Counted from the stretch's first letter, positions 13,380 through 23,991 are shown. The stretch: DNA of 64,000 nt from Thermoanaerobaculia bacterium (GCA_036406835.1 DASXAG010000080.1:64057-128056); one strand, 5' to 3'. Numbers and translations: made by a program. Notes: generated by a model from the sequence alone, not told the origin.

Positions 13380-13398
13380 CCGCGGCGCCTAGGAACAC

Positions 13399-16098
13399 AT
13401 GGCCAATCTGCTGACTCCCGAAGAGAAGCTGCCCGTCACGATCGAGGACGAGGTCCGACGGTCGTACCTCGACTACGCCATGTCCGTCATCATCGGACGG
13501 GCGCTCCCCGACGTGCGCGATGGTTTGAAGCCTGTCCACCGCCGCTGTCTGTACGGCATGTGGGAGCAGGGCAACCTCCACAACAAGCCGTACCGCAAGT
13601 CCGCCCGCATCGTCGGAGACGTCCTCGGCAAGTACCACCCGCACGGCGAGGGCGCCGTCTACGATTCGGTCGTCCGCATGGCCCAGGAATTCTCGCTGCG
13701 CTATCCGCTCGTCGACGGCCAGGGCAATTTCGGCAACGTCGACGGCGACAACGCCGCGGCGATGCGCTACACCGAGGTGCGGCTGACACGGCTCTCGGCC
13801 GAGCTCCTCGGCGACGACATCGACAAGGAAACGGTCGACTGGACGCCCAACTACGACGGCTCGCTCGTCGAGCCGATGGTGCTGCCGGCGAAGTTCCCGA
13901 ACCTCCTCGTCAACGGCTCGACGGGCATCGCGGTCGGCATGGCCACGAACATCCCGCCGCACAACCTCTCCGAGGTCGTCGACGCGACCATCGAGCTCAT
14001 CAAGCACCCCGACGCGACGCTCGGCCAGCTCATGAAGAAGCTGCCGGGCCCCGACTTCCCCACCGGCGCGTTCATCCACGGCGCCCAGGGCATCAAGGAC
14101 GCCTACAAGACGGGGAGAGGCTCCGTTCAGGTACGGGCCCGCGCGATGATCGAGAAGGCCGCCCGCGGCGACAAGGAATCCATCATCGTCACGGAGATTC
14201 CGTACCAGGTCAACAAAGCCAACCTGGTCACACGCATCGCCGAGCTCGTCAACGACAAGAAGATCGACGGCGTCGCGGACCTCCGCGACGAAAGCAACCG
14301 CGAGGGCATGCGGATCGTCGTCGAGTTGAAGCGCGGCGAGAACGCGCAGGTCGTCCTGAACAAGCTCTACGCGCTGACGCCGATGCAGTCGTCGTTCGGG
14401 ATCATCTTCCTGGCGATCGTCGAGAATCAGCCGCGCGTCCTGCCGCTTCACGACCTCCTGCGGCACTTCATCGACCACCGCAAGACCGTCGTCATTCGCC
14501 GCACGCAGTTCGACCTCAAGAAGGCGGAGGAGCGGGCGCATCTGTTGCGAGGCCTCGCCCTGGCCCTCGCGAATCTGGACCTCGTCATCAAGATCATCCG
14601 CTCGTCCAAGGACCCGCAGGAGGCCAAGAAGCGCCTGACGGCGGAAGTTTCCATGACGCGCGCGGCGCTCGAGAAGTTCATCGGCACGTCGCTCGGCGAC
14701 GAGGGCGGAAAGGGCAGCCAGGTCCTTCGCCTCGACGAGATCCAGGCCCAGGCGATCCTGGACATGCGGCTCCACCGCCTGACGGGCCTCGAGCGCGAAA
14801 AGATCGTGGCCGAGTTCAAGGAGGTCCTGGAGCTCATCGGAAAGCTGCGGGAGATCCTGGGCTCGGAGAAGCTCGTGCTCGAGATCATCGTCGACGAGCT
14901 CCAGCAGATCAAGAAGCAGTTCGGCGACGAGCGGCGCACCGAGATCGTGGCGGAAGCCACGGACATCGACATCGAGGATCTGATCGTCGAGGAGGACATG
15001 GTCATCACCGTGTCCCGCGGCGGCTACATCAAGCGGTCTCCCCTGTCGCTCTACCGCGCGCAGCGCCGCGGCGGCAAGGGCCGCATCGGCGCCACGACGA
15101 AGGAAGAGGACGTCGTCGAGCATCTGTTCGTGGCGTCGACGCACGCGTACATCCTCGCGTTCACCTCGACCGGCCGCATGCACTGGATCAAGGTCTACGA
15201 CCTGCCGCAGCTCGGCCCCGCGACGCGCGGCAAGGCGATCGTCAACCTGCTTTCGCTCGGTCCGAACGAGCGCATCGTCGCCATGGCCGCGACCAAGGAC
15301 TTCCCGGACGAGCGCTTCCTGATGTTCGCGACCAAGAACGGCGTCGTGAAGAAGACCGCGCTCTCGGCGTACTCCAACGTGCGCTCCGGCGGCATCATCG
15401 CGATCAACCTGGAGGAGGGCGACTCGCTCCTCTCCGTGCGCATCACCGGAGGCGAGGACCAGATCTTCATCGGGACGCGCCAGGGCATGGGCATCCGCTT
15501 CTCGGAGAAGGACGTCCGCCCGATGGGCCGCGACACGACGGGCGTCATCGGCGTCACGCTCAAGAAGGACAACGACGAGGTCGTCGAGATGGACGTCGTT
15601 GACGAGAAGGCGCACCTGCTCTCCGTGACCGAGAGCGGCTACGGCAAGCGCTCCGAAGTCACCGAGTACCGTTACCAGGGACGCGGCGGCTCCGGGGTCA
15701 TCAACGTCCGGGTCACCGAGAAGAACGGGCCCGTCGTCGGGATCAAGTCGGTCACAGACGCGGACCAGCTGCTCCTGATCACGCAGAGCGGCATGCTGAT
15801 CCGCATCAAGGTCAAGGACATCCGCGAGACCGGCCGCGCGGCCCAGGGCGTGCGGGTCATCCAGCTCGAGAGCGGGGATCGCGTCGTCGCGGTCGCGAAG
15901 CTCGCCGAGACCGACGAGAGCGAGGACGAGCCGCAGGCCAGCCTGCCCGGAAGCGCGCCGGCCGGGGAGAAGGGCAAGTCCGCCGAAGCCGCGCCGAAGG
16001 GAAAGACGGGGAAGAGCGAGAAGGCGGAAAAGTCCGCGGCGACCGACTTCCTCGACGACGACGAGGACGAAGAAGACGACGACGAGGACGAGGACTAA
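13399..16098 (+). CDS. gyrA: DNA gyrase subunit A, with a long Lys-rich then poly-acidic C-terminal tail
   Basis: 899-aa ORF with [28 protein letters not shown] and AAMRYTE (active-site Tyr region). The C-terminal beta-pinwheel repeats are followed by ...[33 protein letters not shown]. Confidence 0.97.
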   Translation: MANLLTPEEKLPVTIEDEVRRSYLDYAMSVIIGRALPDVRDGLKPVHRRCLYGMWEQGNLHNKPYRKSARIVGDVLGKYHPHGEGAVYDSVVRMAQEFSLRYPLVDGQGNFGNVDGDNAAAMRYTEVRLTRLSAELLGDDIDKETVDWTPNYDGSLVEPMVLPAKFPNLLVNGSTGIAVGMATNIPPHNLSEVVDATIELIKHPDATLGQLMKKLPGPDFPTGAFIHGAQGIKDAYKTGRGSVQVRARAMIEKAARGDKESIIVTEIPYQVNKANLVTRIAELVNDKKIDGVADLRDESNREGMRIVVELKRGENAQVVLNKLYALTPMQSSFGIIFLAIVENQPRVLPLHDLLRHFIDHRKTVVIRRTQFDLKKAEERAHLLRGLALALANLDLVIKIIRSSKDPQEAKKRLTAEVSMTRAALEKFIGTSLGDEGGKGSQVLRLDEIQAQAILDMRLHRLTGLEREKIVAEFKEVLELIGKLREILGSEKLVLEIIVDELQQIKKQFGDERRTEIVAEATDIDIEDLIVEEDMVITVSRGGYIKRSPLSLYRAQRRGGKGRIGATTKEEDVVEHLFVASTHAYILAFTSTGRMHWIKVYDLPQLGPATRGKAIVNLLSLGPNERIVAMAATKDFPDERFLMFATKNGVVKKTALSAYSNVRSGGIIAINLEEGDSLLSVRITGGEDQIFIGTRQGMGIRFSEKDVRPMGRDTTGVIGVTLKKDNDEVVEMDVVDEKAHLLSVTESGYGKRSEVTEYRYQGRGGSGVINVRVTEKNGPVVGIKSVTDADQLLLITQSGMLIRIKVKDIRETGRAAQGVRVIQLESGDRVVAVAKLAETDESEDEPQASLPGSAPAGEKGKSAEAAPKGKTGKSEKAEKSAATDFLDDDEDEEDDDEDED

Positions 16099-16130
16099 CC
16101 CACCCACGGAGCCCCGCGTAGAAACGGGGC

Positions 16131-17972
16131 ATGAGCCCTGCACTCGTCTGGTTCCTCGGTGTCCGCCTCGCGCTCCTCTCTCCCGCCGGGTTCGCGCCGC
16201 CCTCCGCCGCGATGTTCCGCGGAGGTCCCCGTCATGAGGGCGTCTACGCCTCACCGGCCGAACCGGCGCTCGCCGGGGTGCGCTGGAAGTTCGATGCGCA
16301 CGGACCGGTGCGCGGCTCGCCGGTCGTGGCCTCCGGCGTCGTTCTCGTCGGAAGCGGCGATGGCGATCTCTACGCCGTCGACGCCGCGAGCGGGAAGGAG
16401 CGTTGGCGCGCCGCGCTCGGCGGAGCCGTGGTCTCGACGCCCGCCGTCTCCGGGAACCTGGTCGTCGCGACCTCACGCGAACGCACCGTGGCCGGCGTGG
16501 ATCTCGCGACGGGGAAGATCCTCTGGCGCTTCGAGGCGGGCCGCGATCTGCCCTTCGACTGGGGGTGGGACTACTGGCTCTCCTCGCCGACGATCTCCGG
16601 AGGAACGGTGTACGCGGGATCGGGCGACGGCAAGGTGTACGCACTCGAGCTTCGAAGCGGCAGGAAGCTCTGGGAGTTCGCGACCGGCGGCCGTGTGCGC
16701 TCCTCCCCCGCCGTGTCGGAGGGCGTCGTGTACTTCGGCGGGATGGACGGAAGGGTCAACGCCCTCGCGGCCGACTCGGGGCGACCGCTCTGGAGCTTCG
16801 ACACCGAAGGCGTGTCGCTCGACCTGAAGGCGGCCGGGTTCGATCGGCGCTCGATCGTCTCCTCCCCCGCGTTGTCCGACGATCTCCTCTTCGTGGGCTC
16901 CCGCGACGCCCATCTCTACGCCGTCGATCGGAAGTCCGGCCGCCAGGTCTGGCGCTTCGGGCATCCGGTGGACAGGATGGAGGGCGCCCCCGAGCTCAGC
17001 TGGGTGCTCTCCTCGCCCGCGATCGCGGACGGCGTCGTCTACACGGGAAGCTCCGACGGCCGCTTCTTCAACGCCATGCGCGCGAAGACCGGAGAGGAGG
17101 CCTGGCGGTTTCGCACTCCCGGCAACGTCCTCTCCTCGGGCGCGCTCGCGGGCGGAGAGGTCTTCTTCGGCTGCGAGGACGGGCACCTCTTCGCCCTGGA
17201 CGCGCACAGCGGAGCCGAACGCTGGCGGTTTCGCACCGGAGGCGCGGTCACCTCGGCGCCGGTCGTCGACTCGGGAACGATCTATTTCGGCAGCGATGAC
17301 GGCTTCGTCTATGCGCTCGCGACCGGGCCCGAGCCCACCGGGGCGCGGCACCGGCGCGCGGTGTACTGGAAGGACCCGGCGGGGCACGCCTGGTTCGCGG
17401 GCAACGCCGCGGTCAAGGACTACTTCGTCTCCGAGGGCTACGCGCTTCTCGACGAGGCCGGGCTCGCGCGATTCCTGGGGGCGCGAGGCGAAGACGCGGC
17501 GCGCTCGGTGGTCGTCGTCGCGATCGACACCGTGCCGGCGGACCTCGTCGCCGGATCTCCCGAGGAGACGCCGCTGCGGAAGTACCTCGCCGCCGGCGGC
17601 CGAGTGGTCTGGCTGGGTCTCCCGATCGACGTGATCGAGAGGGACGCCTCGGGAAACGCGATCCGCCTGGATCCGACGCGCACCGGACGGCTGCTCGGCG
17701 TCGACCACACGGTCGGCCGGGCCGACGGGATGGGGGCCCGCGCGACGGCGGAGGGCCGGAAATGGGGAGTCCCCGAGTGGTACGTCGGCGGCTTCGGAGT
17801 GCCGCCCGGCGACGTGACCACCGTGTTGGGCCTCGATGAGTGGGGGCTCGCGAGCGCCTGGGTGAAGAGCTTCGGAGGGCCGCCCGGCTCCGGGTTGGTG
17901 CGCCTCTGGGGACGCAGCGAGCCCATCGGTGACCTCTCCTGGGTGAAGGCCGTCGCCGAGTACGCGGAGTAG
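16131..17972 (+). CDS. PQQ-like (BamB-type) beta-propeller repeat protein with an extra C-terminal domain of about 200 aa
   Basis: 613-aa ORF with a hydrophobic N-terminus. It has at least 7 repeats of the pattern G.VY.GS.DG.LYALDA.SG...W.F. The C-terminal 200 aa were not recognisable by eye. Confidence 0.7.
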   Translation: MSPALVWFLGVRLALLSPAGFAPPSAAMFRGGPRHEGVYASPAEPALAGVRWKFDAHGPVRGSPVVASGVVLVGSGDGDLYAVDAASGKERWRAALGGAVVSTPAVSGNLVVATSRERTVAGVDLATGKILWRFEAGRDLPFDWGWDYWLSSPTISGGTVYAGSGDGKVYALELRSGRKLWEFATGGRVRSSPAVSEGVVYFGGMDGRVNALAADSGRPLWSFDTEGVSLDLKAAGFDRRSIVSSPALSDDLLFVGSRDAHLYAVDRKSGRQVWRFGHPVDRMEGAPELSWVLSSPAIADGVVYTGSSDGRFFNAMRAKTGEEAWRFRTPGNVLSSGALAGGEVFFGCEDGHLFALDAHSGAERWRFRTGGAVTSAPVVDSGTIYFGSDDGFVYALATGPEPTGARHRRAVYWKDPAGHAWFAGNAAVKDYFVSEGYALLDEAGLARFLGARGEDAARSVVVVAIDTVPADLVAGSPEETPLRKYLAAGGRVVWLGLPIDVIERDASGNAIRLDPTRTGRLLGVDHTVGRADGMGARATAEGRKWGVPEWYVGGFGVPPGDVTTVLGLDEWGLASAWVKSFGGPPGSGLVRLWGRSEPIGDLSWVKAVAEYAE

Positions 17973-18007
17973 GTGGGACTCATGACCTCACATATGATCC
18001 GCCCCTC

Positions 18008-18631
18008 ATGCGCTTCTTCCTGGACAGTGCGAGCGCCGAGGAGGCCAGGCGGATCAAGGACCTGGCGCTCCTGGACGGCGTCTGGGTGTCGATCGGCGCG
18101 GCCGAGGCGGCCGGCGTCGAGTACCGCAAGGCGGTGCGCGACCTCTCCTCGCTGACCGACGGGCCGGTTCTCGTCGAGCTCTCCGCCGACGATCCCAAGG
18201 GCATGTACAAGGAGGCCCGGGAGCTCGCGAAGCTCGGCAAGGACATCATCGTCCGGTTGCCGCTGCGGCCCGAGGGCCTGCGCGTGGCGCGGCTGCTTTC
18301 CGAGGACTCGATCGCGGCCTGCGCCGCGGGCTGCTTCTCGACCGCCCAGGCGCTGATCGCGGCGAAGGCCAACCTCTCCTATGTCGCGCCGGCCGTCGGG
18401 CCGCTCGACGACTCCGGCACGATCGGCATGGACCTGGTCGAGCAGGTCATCCGCGTCTACGACAACTACGGGTTCCAGACCCAGATCGTGGTCTCGGACG
18501 CCCGGAGCCCGATCCACGTGTTGGATGCCGCGCTGATGGGAGCGGACGTCGCCGCGCTGCCTGCCGCCGTGCTCGAGCAGCTCTTTCGCCACCCGTTCTC
18601 CGCCGAGCTGCGCGCGGGGAGGCCGTCATGA
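18008..18631 (+). CDS. transaldolase/fructose-6-phosphate-aldolase-fold protein with catalytic residues substituted (probable pseudoenzyme)
   Basis: 207 aa, collinear with short Tal/FSA proteins (MRFFLDSA..., AKLGKDIIVRLPL, LSYVAPAVGPLDD, QTQIVVSDARSP). The VKIP Schiff-base Lys is Arg (IVRLP), TTNPS is WVSIG and GRLDD is GPLDD. Confidence 0.7.
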   Translation: MRFFLDSASAEEARRIKDLALLDGVWVSIGAAEAAGVEYRKAVRDLSSLTDGPVLVELSADDPKGMYKEARELAKLGKDIIVRLPLRPEGLRVARLLSEDSIAACAAGCFSTAQALIAAKANLSYVAPAVGPLDDSGTIGMDLVEQVIRVYDNYGFQTQIVVSDARSPIHVLDAALMGADVAALPAAVLEQLFRHPFSAELRAGRPS

Positions 18632-18891
18632 AGCCGTCGGCCGACCGGATCCTCTACCTCGCCCGGGTCGTGATGCGGGCCCTCAAGGAGAACCGCAACC
18701 TCGAGCTGAAGGCGGACGAGGAGACTCTGCGGCGCGCGGTGGTCCGGGACCTCACCGACAGCTTCGACGAGCTCGACAAGATCGAGGAAAAGGTCCGGGC
18801 CTCGCTCGAGAAGCGGCGGATCTCGGAGAAGGACCGGGAGTTCCAATTCTCGAGGATGGTCGAAGACGAGCTCCGAAAGCACGGCGCCTGA
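18628..18891 (+). CDS. small helical protein, DUF507-like
   Basis: 87-aa ORF with an ATGA overlap with the preceding gene. The charged helical pattern (DELDKIEEKVRASLEKRRISEKDREFQFSRMVEDELRKHG) resembles DUF507 members as I remember them. Confidence 0.45.
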   Translation: MKPSADRILYLARVVMRALKENRNLELKADEETLRRAVVRDLTDSFDELDKIEEKVRASLEKRRISEKDREFQFSRMVEDELRKHGA

Positions 18892-18968
18892 GTCCCCATA
18901 AGCAACTGATGACAAAGGGCTTGTCGGCGGGGTAGCGTCCGGCGGCCTGCCTCGGTACAATTGGCTCG

Positions 18969-20429
18969 ATGTCAGGCCAATTGGATCTGGGCCAGCTTTC
19001 GATCCGCCGAGAGGCCGGGATCCCTCTCGCAACGCAGGTCTTCGAAGCGATCGAGCGGCAGATCGCGGGCGGGGCGCTTCCGCAGAACAGCCGGCTGCCG
19101 ACGACGCGCGAGCTCGCGGCGGCCCTGGGCGTCAACCGCGGCACCGTCCAGACCGCTTACCGCCGCCTCGCGGAGCAGGGCCTCGTCGCCGGCCGCGTCG
19201 GCAGCGGCACGGTCGTCGTGGGCTCCCCCGCCGAGCGTCCCGAGGAATCCTTTCGGATCGAGGACCTGATCTCGCGCAAGGCGGCGGCGGTTCCCGACGA
19301 GGTTCCGATCGCCGTGACTCCCCCGCTGCTCGCCGATTTCTCGCGGCTCGCGCCCGACGAACGCTTCTTTCCGCTCGAGGAGTTCACGCGCACGGTCTCC
19401 TACGCCTGGAGCCGCCGGCGCGAGCTCTGGCAGTACGCTCCCCCGCTCGGTCTGCCCGAGCTGCGCGGGGAGATCGCGCGCCGCCTCTCCGAGAGCGGCC
19501 TCGAACGCGACCCGGACGAGATCCTCGTCGTCAGCGGCGCGCAGCAGGGCCTGGATCTGCTCTTCCGCACGTTCACGGATCCCGGCGACCTCGTCGCGGT
19601 CGAGTCGCCGACGTATTCGGGCGCGCTCGCCCTCGCGCGGCTCGCCGCCGTCTCCGTGCTGCCGCTGCCGGTGTCGGAGGCGGGCGCGGACCCGCGTCCG
19701 CTGCACGGCCGGCGCGTCAAGCTCGCCTACCTCATGCCCGAGCGGCAGAACCCGACCGGCATCACGACGTCGGACGCCCGCCGGCGCGAGCTGCTCGACG
19801 CCGCGCTCTCCGCCGGGGCGTTGATCGTCGAGGACGGCTTCGAGGAGCCGGAGTCCGGGATCGCGACGCTCGCGGCGCGCCGGAGGGATCGGGTCGTCTG
19901 GCTCGGCACGCTGTCGAAGGACCTCGTGCCGGGGATCCGCATCGGCTGGATCGCGGCGGCTCGGCCGATCGTCGAGAGGCTCGCGCGGGTCAAGCGGGCC
20001 GCGGACTTCCAGACACCCGTGCCGATCCAGGCGGCGGTCGCGGCGTTCCTGCGCGCGGGATCCGACCGCAAGCCGCGGCGTGGACGCGCCGAGGAGATCG
20101 AGCGGCGTGTCGCCGCGGCGGCGGAGGCGCTCGCGCGGCACCTGCCGGAGGTGTCGTGGTGGGGCGGCGAGGGCGCGAACCCGCTCTTCTGGCTGCACCT
20201 GCCGGAGGGCGTCTCGGGGCGGCGCGTGGCCGAGGCCGCCGCGGGCAGGGGAGTCGCGGTTTCGCCGGGACAGGACTTCGATCCGCGAGGCGAGGACCGC
20301 GCGAACGTGCGGCTCTCGGTCTCGCGCGTCGAGCGCAAGGACATCGAGCAGGGGATCGTCCTGCTCGCGGAGGCCGTGAGGGAAGTCGAGTCGAGGTCGC
20401 GCGCGGTCTACGCCGCGCCGGTGGTCTGA
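18969..20429 (+). CDS. pdxR: MocR/PdxR-type regulator: GntR winged-helix domain fused to a fold-type-I aminotransferase-like domain
   Basis: 486 aa. N-terminal HTH ([31 protein letters not shown]) and a long AAT-like C-terminal domain (LSK in [15 protein letters not shown]). It lies directly upstream of pdxS/pdxT. The gene symbol is inferred from context. Confidence 0.75.
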   Translation: MSGQLDLGQLSIRREAGIPLATQVFEAIERQIAGGALPQNSRLPTTRELAAALGVNRGTVQTAYRRLAEQGLVAGRVGSGTVVVGSPAERPEESFRIEDLISRKAAAVPDEVPIAVTPPLLADFSRLAPDERFFPLEEFTRTVSYAWSRRRELWQYAPPLGLPELRGEIARRLSESGLERDPDEILVVSGAQQGLDLLFRTFTDPGDLVAVESPTYSGALALARLAAVSVLPLPVSEAGADPRPLHGRRVKLAYLMPERQNPTGITTSDARRRELLDAALSAGALIVEDGFEEPESGIATLAARRRDRVVWLGTLSKDLVPGIRIGWIAAARPIVERLARVKRAADFQTPVPIQAAVAAFLRAGSDRKPRRGRAEEIERRVAAAAEALARHLPEVSWWGGEGANPLFWLHLPEGVSGRRVAEAAAGRGVAVSPGQDFDPRGEDRANVRLSVSRVERKDIEQGIVLLAEAVREVESRSRAVYAAPVV

Positions 20430-20442
20430 GAAAAGGGAGGCA

Positions 20443-21333
20443 GTGTCCATGACCGCGAACGAAACGTTTCGAGTCAAGGTGGGTCTGGCCGAGATGCTGA
20501 AGGGCGGCGTCATCATGGACGTCGTCAACGCCGAGCAGGCGAAGATCGCGGAGGCGGCGGGCGCCGCTGCGGTCATGGCGCTCGAGCGGGTGCCGGCCGA
20601 CATCCGGCGCGAGGGGGGAGTCGCCCGCATGTCGCCGGTGTCGAAGATCCGCGAGATCCAGCAGGCGGTGTCGATCCCGGTCATGGCGAAGTGCCGCATC
20701 GGCCACCTGACCGAGGCGCGCGTGCTCGAGGCGCTCAAGGTCGACTTCATCGACGAGTCGGAGGTCCTCACGCCGGCGGACGAGGAGAACCACGTCTACA
20801 AGCACGACTTCCGCGTCCCGTTCGTCTGCGGCTGCCGCAACCTCGGCGAGGCGCTGCGGCGCATCGGCGAGGGCGCCGCGATGATCCGGACGAAGGGGGA
20901 GGCCGGCACCGGCGACGTCGTCCACGCGGTCAAGCACCTGCGCGAGGTCCACCGGGAGATGAGGATGCTGACCCAGCTCTCGAAGGACGAGCTCATGGCG
21001 GCCGCGAAGCGCCTCGGCGCGCCGTACGAGCTGGTGGTCGGCGTCGCGGCGACCGGCAAGCTGCCGGTGCCCAACTTCGCCGCGGGCGGGATCGCGACTC
21101 CGGCCGACGCCGCGCTGTGCATGACGCTCGGCGCCGAGGCCGTCTTCGTGGGCTCGGGCATCTTCAAGTCCGACGATCCGGAGAAGCGGGCGCGCGCGAT
21201 CGTCAAGGCCACCACGCACTGGCGCGACGCGGAGGCCCTGCTCGACGCCGAGGAGTCCCTCGGGAGCGGCATGAAGGGCATCGAGGCGGCGAGCCTCGCC
21301 GAAGAGGCGCAGCTCCAGACGCGCGGATGGTGA
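20443..21333 (+). CDS. pdxS: pyridoxal 5'-phosphate synthase lyase subunit PdxS
   Basis: 296 aa with [42 protein letters not shown] and GEAGTG; a highly conserved family. Confidence 0.95.
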   Translation: MSMTANETFRVKVGLAEMLKGGVIMDVVNAEQAKIAEAAGAAAVMALERVPADIRREGGVARMSPVSKIREIQQAVSIPVMAKCRIGHLTEARVLEALKVDFIDESEVLTPADEENHVYKHDFRVPFVCGCRNLGEALRRIGEGAAMIRTKGEAGTGDVVHAVKHLREVHREMRMLTQLSKDELMAAAKRLGAPYELVVGVAATGKLPVPNFAAGGIATPADAALCMTLGAEAVFVGSGIFKSDDPEKRARAIVKATTHWRDAEALLDAEESLGSGMKGIEAASLAEEAQLQTRGW

Positions 21334-21929
21334 AGAGCGCGAGCTCCGGAAGGGGCGTCGCGGTCCTCGCGCTTCAGGGCGACTTCGAGGCGCACCGCAA
21401 GGCGCTCCTCGAGATCGAGGTCGAGAGCTTCGAGGCGAAGCGTCCGCGCGACCTCGACGACGCCCAGGGCCTGATCCTGCCGGGAGGGGAGTCCACGACC
21501 CTCTGGAAGTTCTTCGAGATGGAGCCCTGGGAGGAGAAGATCGTCGCGTTCGCGGCCCAGGGCCGGCCGATCCTCGGGACCTGCGCCGGCGCGATCGTGC
21601 TGGCCCGGGAGGTCACGAACCCGCGACAGAAGGGCCTCGGCCTGATCGACATCGCGGTCGAGCGCAACGCCTACGGCCGGCAGGTCGACTCGTTCATCGG
21701 GGAGGTCGATGCGCCCGTGCTCGGCGCGCCGATGCCGGCCGTCTTCATCCGCGCTCCGCGCATCAAGCGCGTCGCGGCGTTCGTCGAGGTGCTGGGCACG
21801 CACGCGGGCGAGCCCGTGCTCGTGCGGCAGAATGCCGTCGTGGCCGCGACGTTCCACCCGGAGCTGACTCCGGACCGCCGCCTCCATCGGATGGTGTTCT
21901 CGAAGCAGCCGGCTCGGAGGAGCGCGTGA
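21327..21929 (+). CDS. pdxT: pyridoxal 5'-phosphate synthase glutaminase subunit PdxT
   Basis: ATG 21327 is in frame inside track ORF 20691..21929 and overlaps the pdxS stop. [16 protein letters not shown], catalytic Cys in GTCAG, and FHPE at the C-terminus. Confidence 0.9.
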   Translation: MVKSASSGRGVAVLALQGDFEAHRKALLEIEVESFEAKRPRDLDDAQGLILPGGESTTLWKFFEMEPWEEKIVAFAAQGRPILGTCAGAIVLAREVTNPRQKGLGLIDIAVERNAYGRQVDSFIGEVDAPVLGAPMPAVFIRAPRIKRVAAFVEVLGTHAGEPVLVRQNAVVAATFHPELTPDRRLHRMVFSKQPARRSA

Positions 21930-22723
21930 ACGGCGCCGGTGCGGGGAGCGGGACAGGATCCGCCGGCCTCGTCTCGGTCGAGATCCGCGACGAGATCGCG
22001 ATCGTGACCCTCGACCGCCCGAAGGCCAACGCGTTCAACCCGGAGCTCGTCGCGGATCTCTCTTCCGCTCTCGCGGACCTGACTAAGGCGAAGGCGAAGG
22101 CGCGCGCGGTGGTCCTCGCGTCGTCGACGCCGGGGATCTTCTCGGCGGGCTGGGACCTGCCTCTCCTGATCGACAAGAAGCGCGCCGAGATGGAGGCGTT
22201 CGTCTCCTCGTACTCCGACCTCGTGCGGCGGCTCTTCGTCTTCGGACCCCCGGTCGTGGCGGCGCTCTCCGGGCACGCGATCGCGGGCGGGCTCATCTTC
22301 GCGATGGCCGCCGACGAGCGGATCGCGGCGCAGGGGAGGGGGAAGTTCGGCCTCTCCGAGGTCATCCTGGGCGTCTCGGTCCCGCAGTGCCTCATGGAGC
22401 CCTTCCGCCACGTCGTCGGCGCGCGGCACATGGAGCGGCTGGCGTCGACGGGCGAGAACGTGGACGCCGACGGCGCCCTCGCGATGGGTCTTCTCGACGC
22501 GGTCGTTCCGGCGGAGGAGCTCCTCGACCGCGCGCTCGCGCGGGCCCGGGTCCTCGGCGGGCTCTCCGGCGCGGCGTACGCCGCGGTGAAGCTGCGCTCG
22601 CGCTCGGCGGCCATCGCGCGGTTCGACCAGGCCCGCGACCACGATCCCTTCCTCGACTTCTGGTTCTCCGAGGACGCGCAGTTCCGGATCAAGGACATGG
22701 TGGCGAGGCTCAAGAGCCGCTGA
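21926..22723 (+). CDS. enoyl-CoA hydratase/isomerase (crotonase) family protein
   Basis: 265 aa with IAIVTLDRPKANAFN, FSAGWDL and GHAIAGGL crotonase motifs. GTGA overlap with the pdxT stop. Confidence 0.8.
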   Translation: MNGAGAGSGTGSAGLVSVEIRDEIAIVTLDRPKANAFNPELVADLSSALADLTKAKAKARAVVLASSTPGIFSAGWDLPLLIDKKRAEMEAFVSSYSDLVRRLFVFGPPVVAALSGHAIAGGLIFAMAADERIAAQGRGKFGLSEVILGVSVPQCLMEPFRHVVGARHMERLASTGENVDADGALAMGLLDAVVPAEELLDRALARARVLGGLSGAAYAAVKLRSRSAAIARFDQARDHDPFLDFWFSEDAQFRIKDMVARLKSR

Positions 22724-22736
22724 GCCGCCGTCGTCG

Positions 22737-23984
22737 ATGATCCCGACCGACGACATCCTCGAGAGCCTCGATCTCTCGCGGGCCCGGCCCGGGGTCGGGT
22801 TCCTCGAGGCCCTCTTCACGCGCTTCAACGCGCGCGTTCCGTTCGAGAACGCGACGAAGATCCTGCGCGACCGCGAGATCGCGGATCCCGCGGCGAAGCC
22901 GAGGACGCCCGAGATCTTCTGGGCGGATCACCTCCAGAGCGGGAGCGGCGGCACCTGCTTCGCGCGCGTCGCGGCGTTCGACGCGCTGCTCACCGCGCTC
23001 GGCTTCCGCACGCACAAGCGGCTCGGGAGAGTCGAGCGCGACTTCGACCACGCGGGACTCCTCGTGGAAGCCGAAACCGGGACTTCTTCGGGAGGCGTCC
23101 TCGCGGACGTCGGGTTTCCCCTCCCCGCGCTGATCCCGGCGGGCGCCGACCGTGTCGAGAGCGCGCTCGGAGAGCTGTCGGTCGCGCGCACCGGCCGCGG
23201 CACGGCGGTCGCGTGGGTCGACGGAGTTCCCGAGGGGCCGCGGGCGCTCGAGCTCTTCGACGAGGCCGTCTCCGAGGAGCGCTTCGCCGAGGAGTGGAGG
23301 AAGACGTTTCGGTCGAGCTCGCGCTTCCTCACGCGGCTCTCGATGCGCCGGGATCTCGAGAACCGCTCCGTCTCCTTCGCCGGCGGCGAGGTTCGCGTGG
23401 ACGATCGCCACTCACGCCTGCGAATCCCGCTCGCGCCGGCCGACGCACCGGCGAGGCTCGAGGAGATCTTCGGGATCGACCGGGAGATCGTGGAGCGGGC
23501 CGCGGCGCTCGTGCCGGCGGAGGCGGGCGAGGGCGCTCCGTCGACCGGAGCGACGCTGACCGCCTACCTGGAGGTCTCGGCGGCGCCGGAGGACGCGTAC
23601 GCGCGGATCGCGTCGCCCGCGGGCTACCGACGCCTCGTGGAGGGCGTCGCCGAGGTGATCGCGGAGGAGCCGACGACGTCGGAAGGGGGCTTCCGCCTCG
23701 TCCTCGGCCCGCCCGGCCGGACGGAAGACGCTGCGAATCGGGCCACCGACACGGTCGCGCCGGATCCGTCGGCGCGGCGGTTGCGCCAGGAGCGGCAGAG
23801 CGGCGCCTCCGCCGCCCTCTCGCGCTCCTCCTGGTCGGCTGAGTCGCGCGGCGGCAAGACCTACCTCCTTCGCGAGCTCTCTCTCCCGGGCTCGCGCGAG
23901 GATCTCCTCCGCAACGACTCGATGCGCGGCCGGCTCGCCGGCGCGCTCGCGCTCGACCTGCTGGCGTGGGCGCGGATGCTCTAG
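22737..23984 (+). CDS. arylamine N-acetyltransferase-like domain fused to a C-terminal domain of about 130 aa (possibly SRPBCC-like)
   Basis: 415 aa. A NAT-type Cys-His-Asp triad is readable as SGGTCFA, DHAGLLV and LADVGF. The C-terminal fold call is a guess. Confidence 0.55.
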   Translation: MIPTDDILESLDLSRARPGVGFLEALFTRFNARVPFENATKILRDREIADPAAKPRTPEIFWADHLQSGSGGTCFARVAAFDALLTALGFRTHKRLGRVERDFDHAGLLVEAETGTSSGGVLADVGFPLPALIPAGADRVESALGELSVARTGRGTAVAWVDGVPEGPRALELFDEAVSEERFAEEWRKTFRSSSRFLTRLSMRRDLENRSVSFAGGEVRVDDRHSRLRIPLAPADAPARLEEIFGIDREIVERAAALVPAEAGEGAPSTGATLTAYLEVSAAPEDAYARIASPAGYRRLVEGVAEVIAEEPTTSEGGFRLVLGPPGRTEDAANRATDTVAPDPSARRLRQERQSGASAALSRSSWSAESRGGKTYLLRELSLPGSREDLLRNDSMRGRLAGALALDLLAWARML

Positions 23985-23991
23985 ACGCGAC

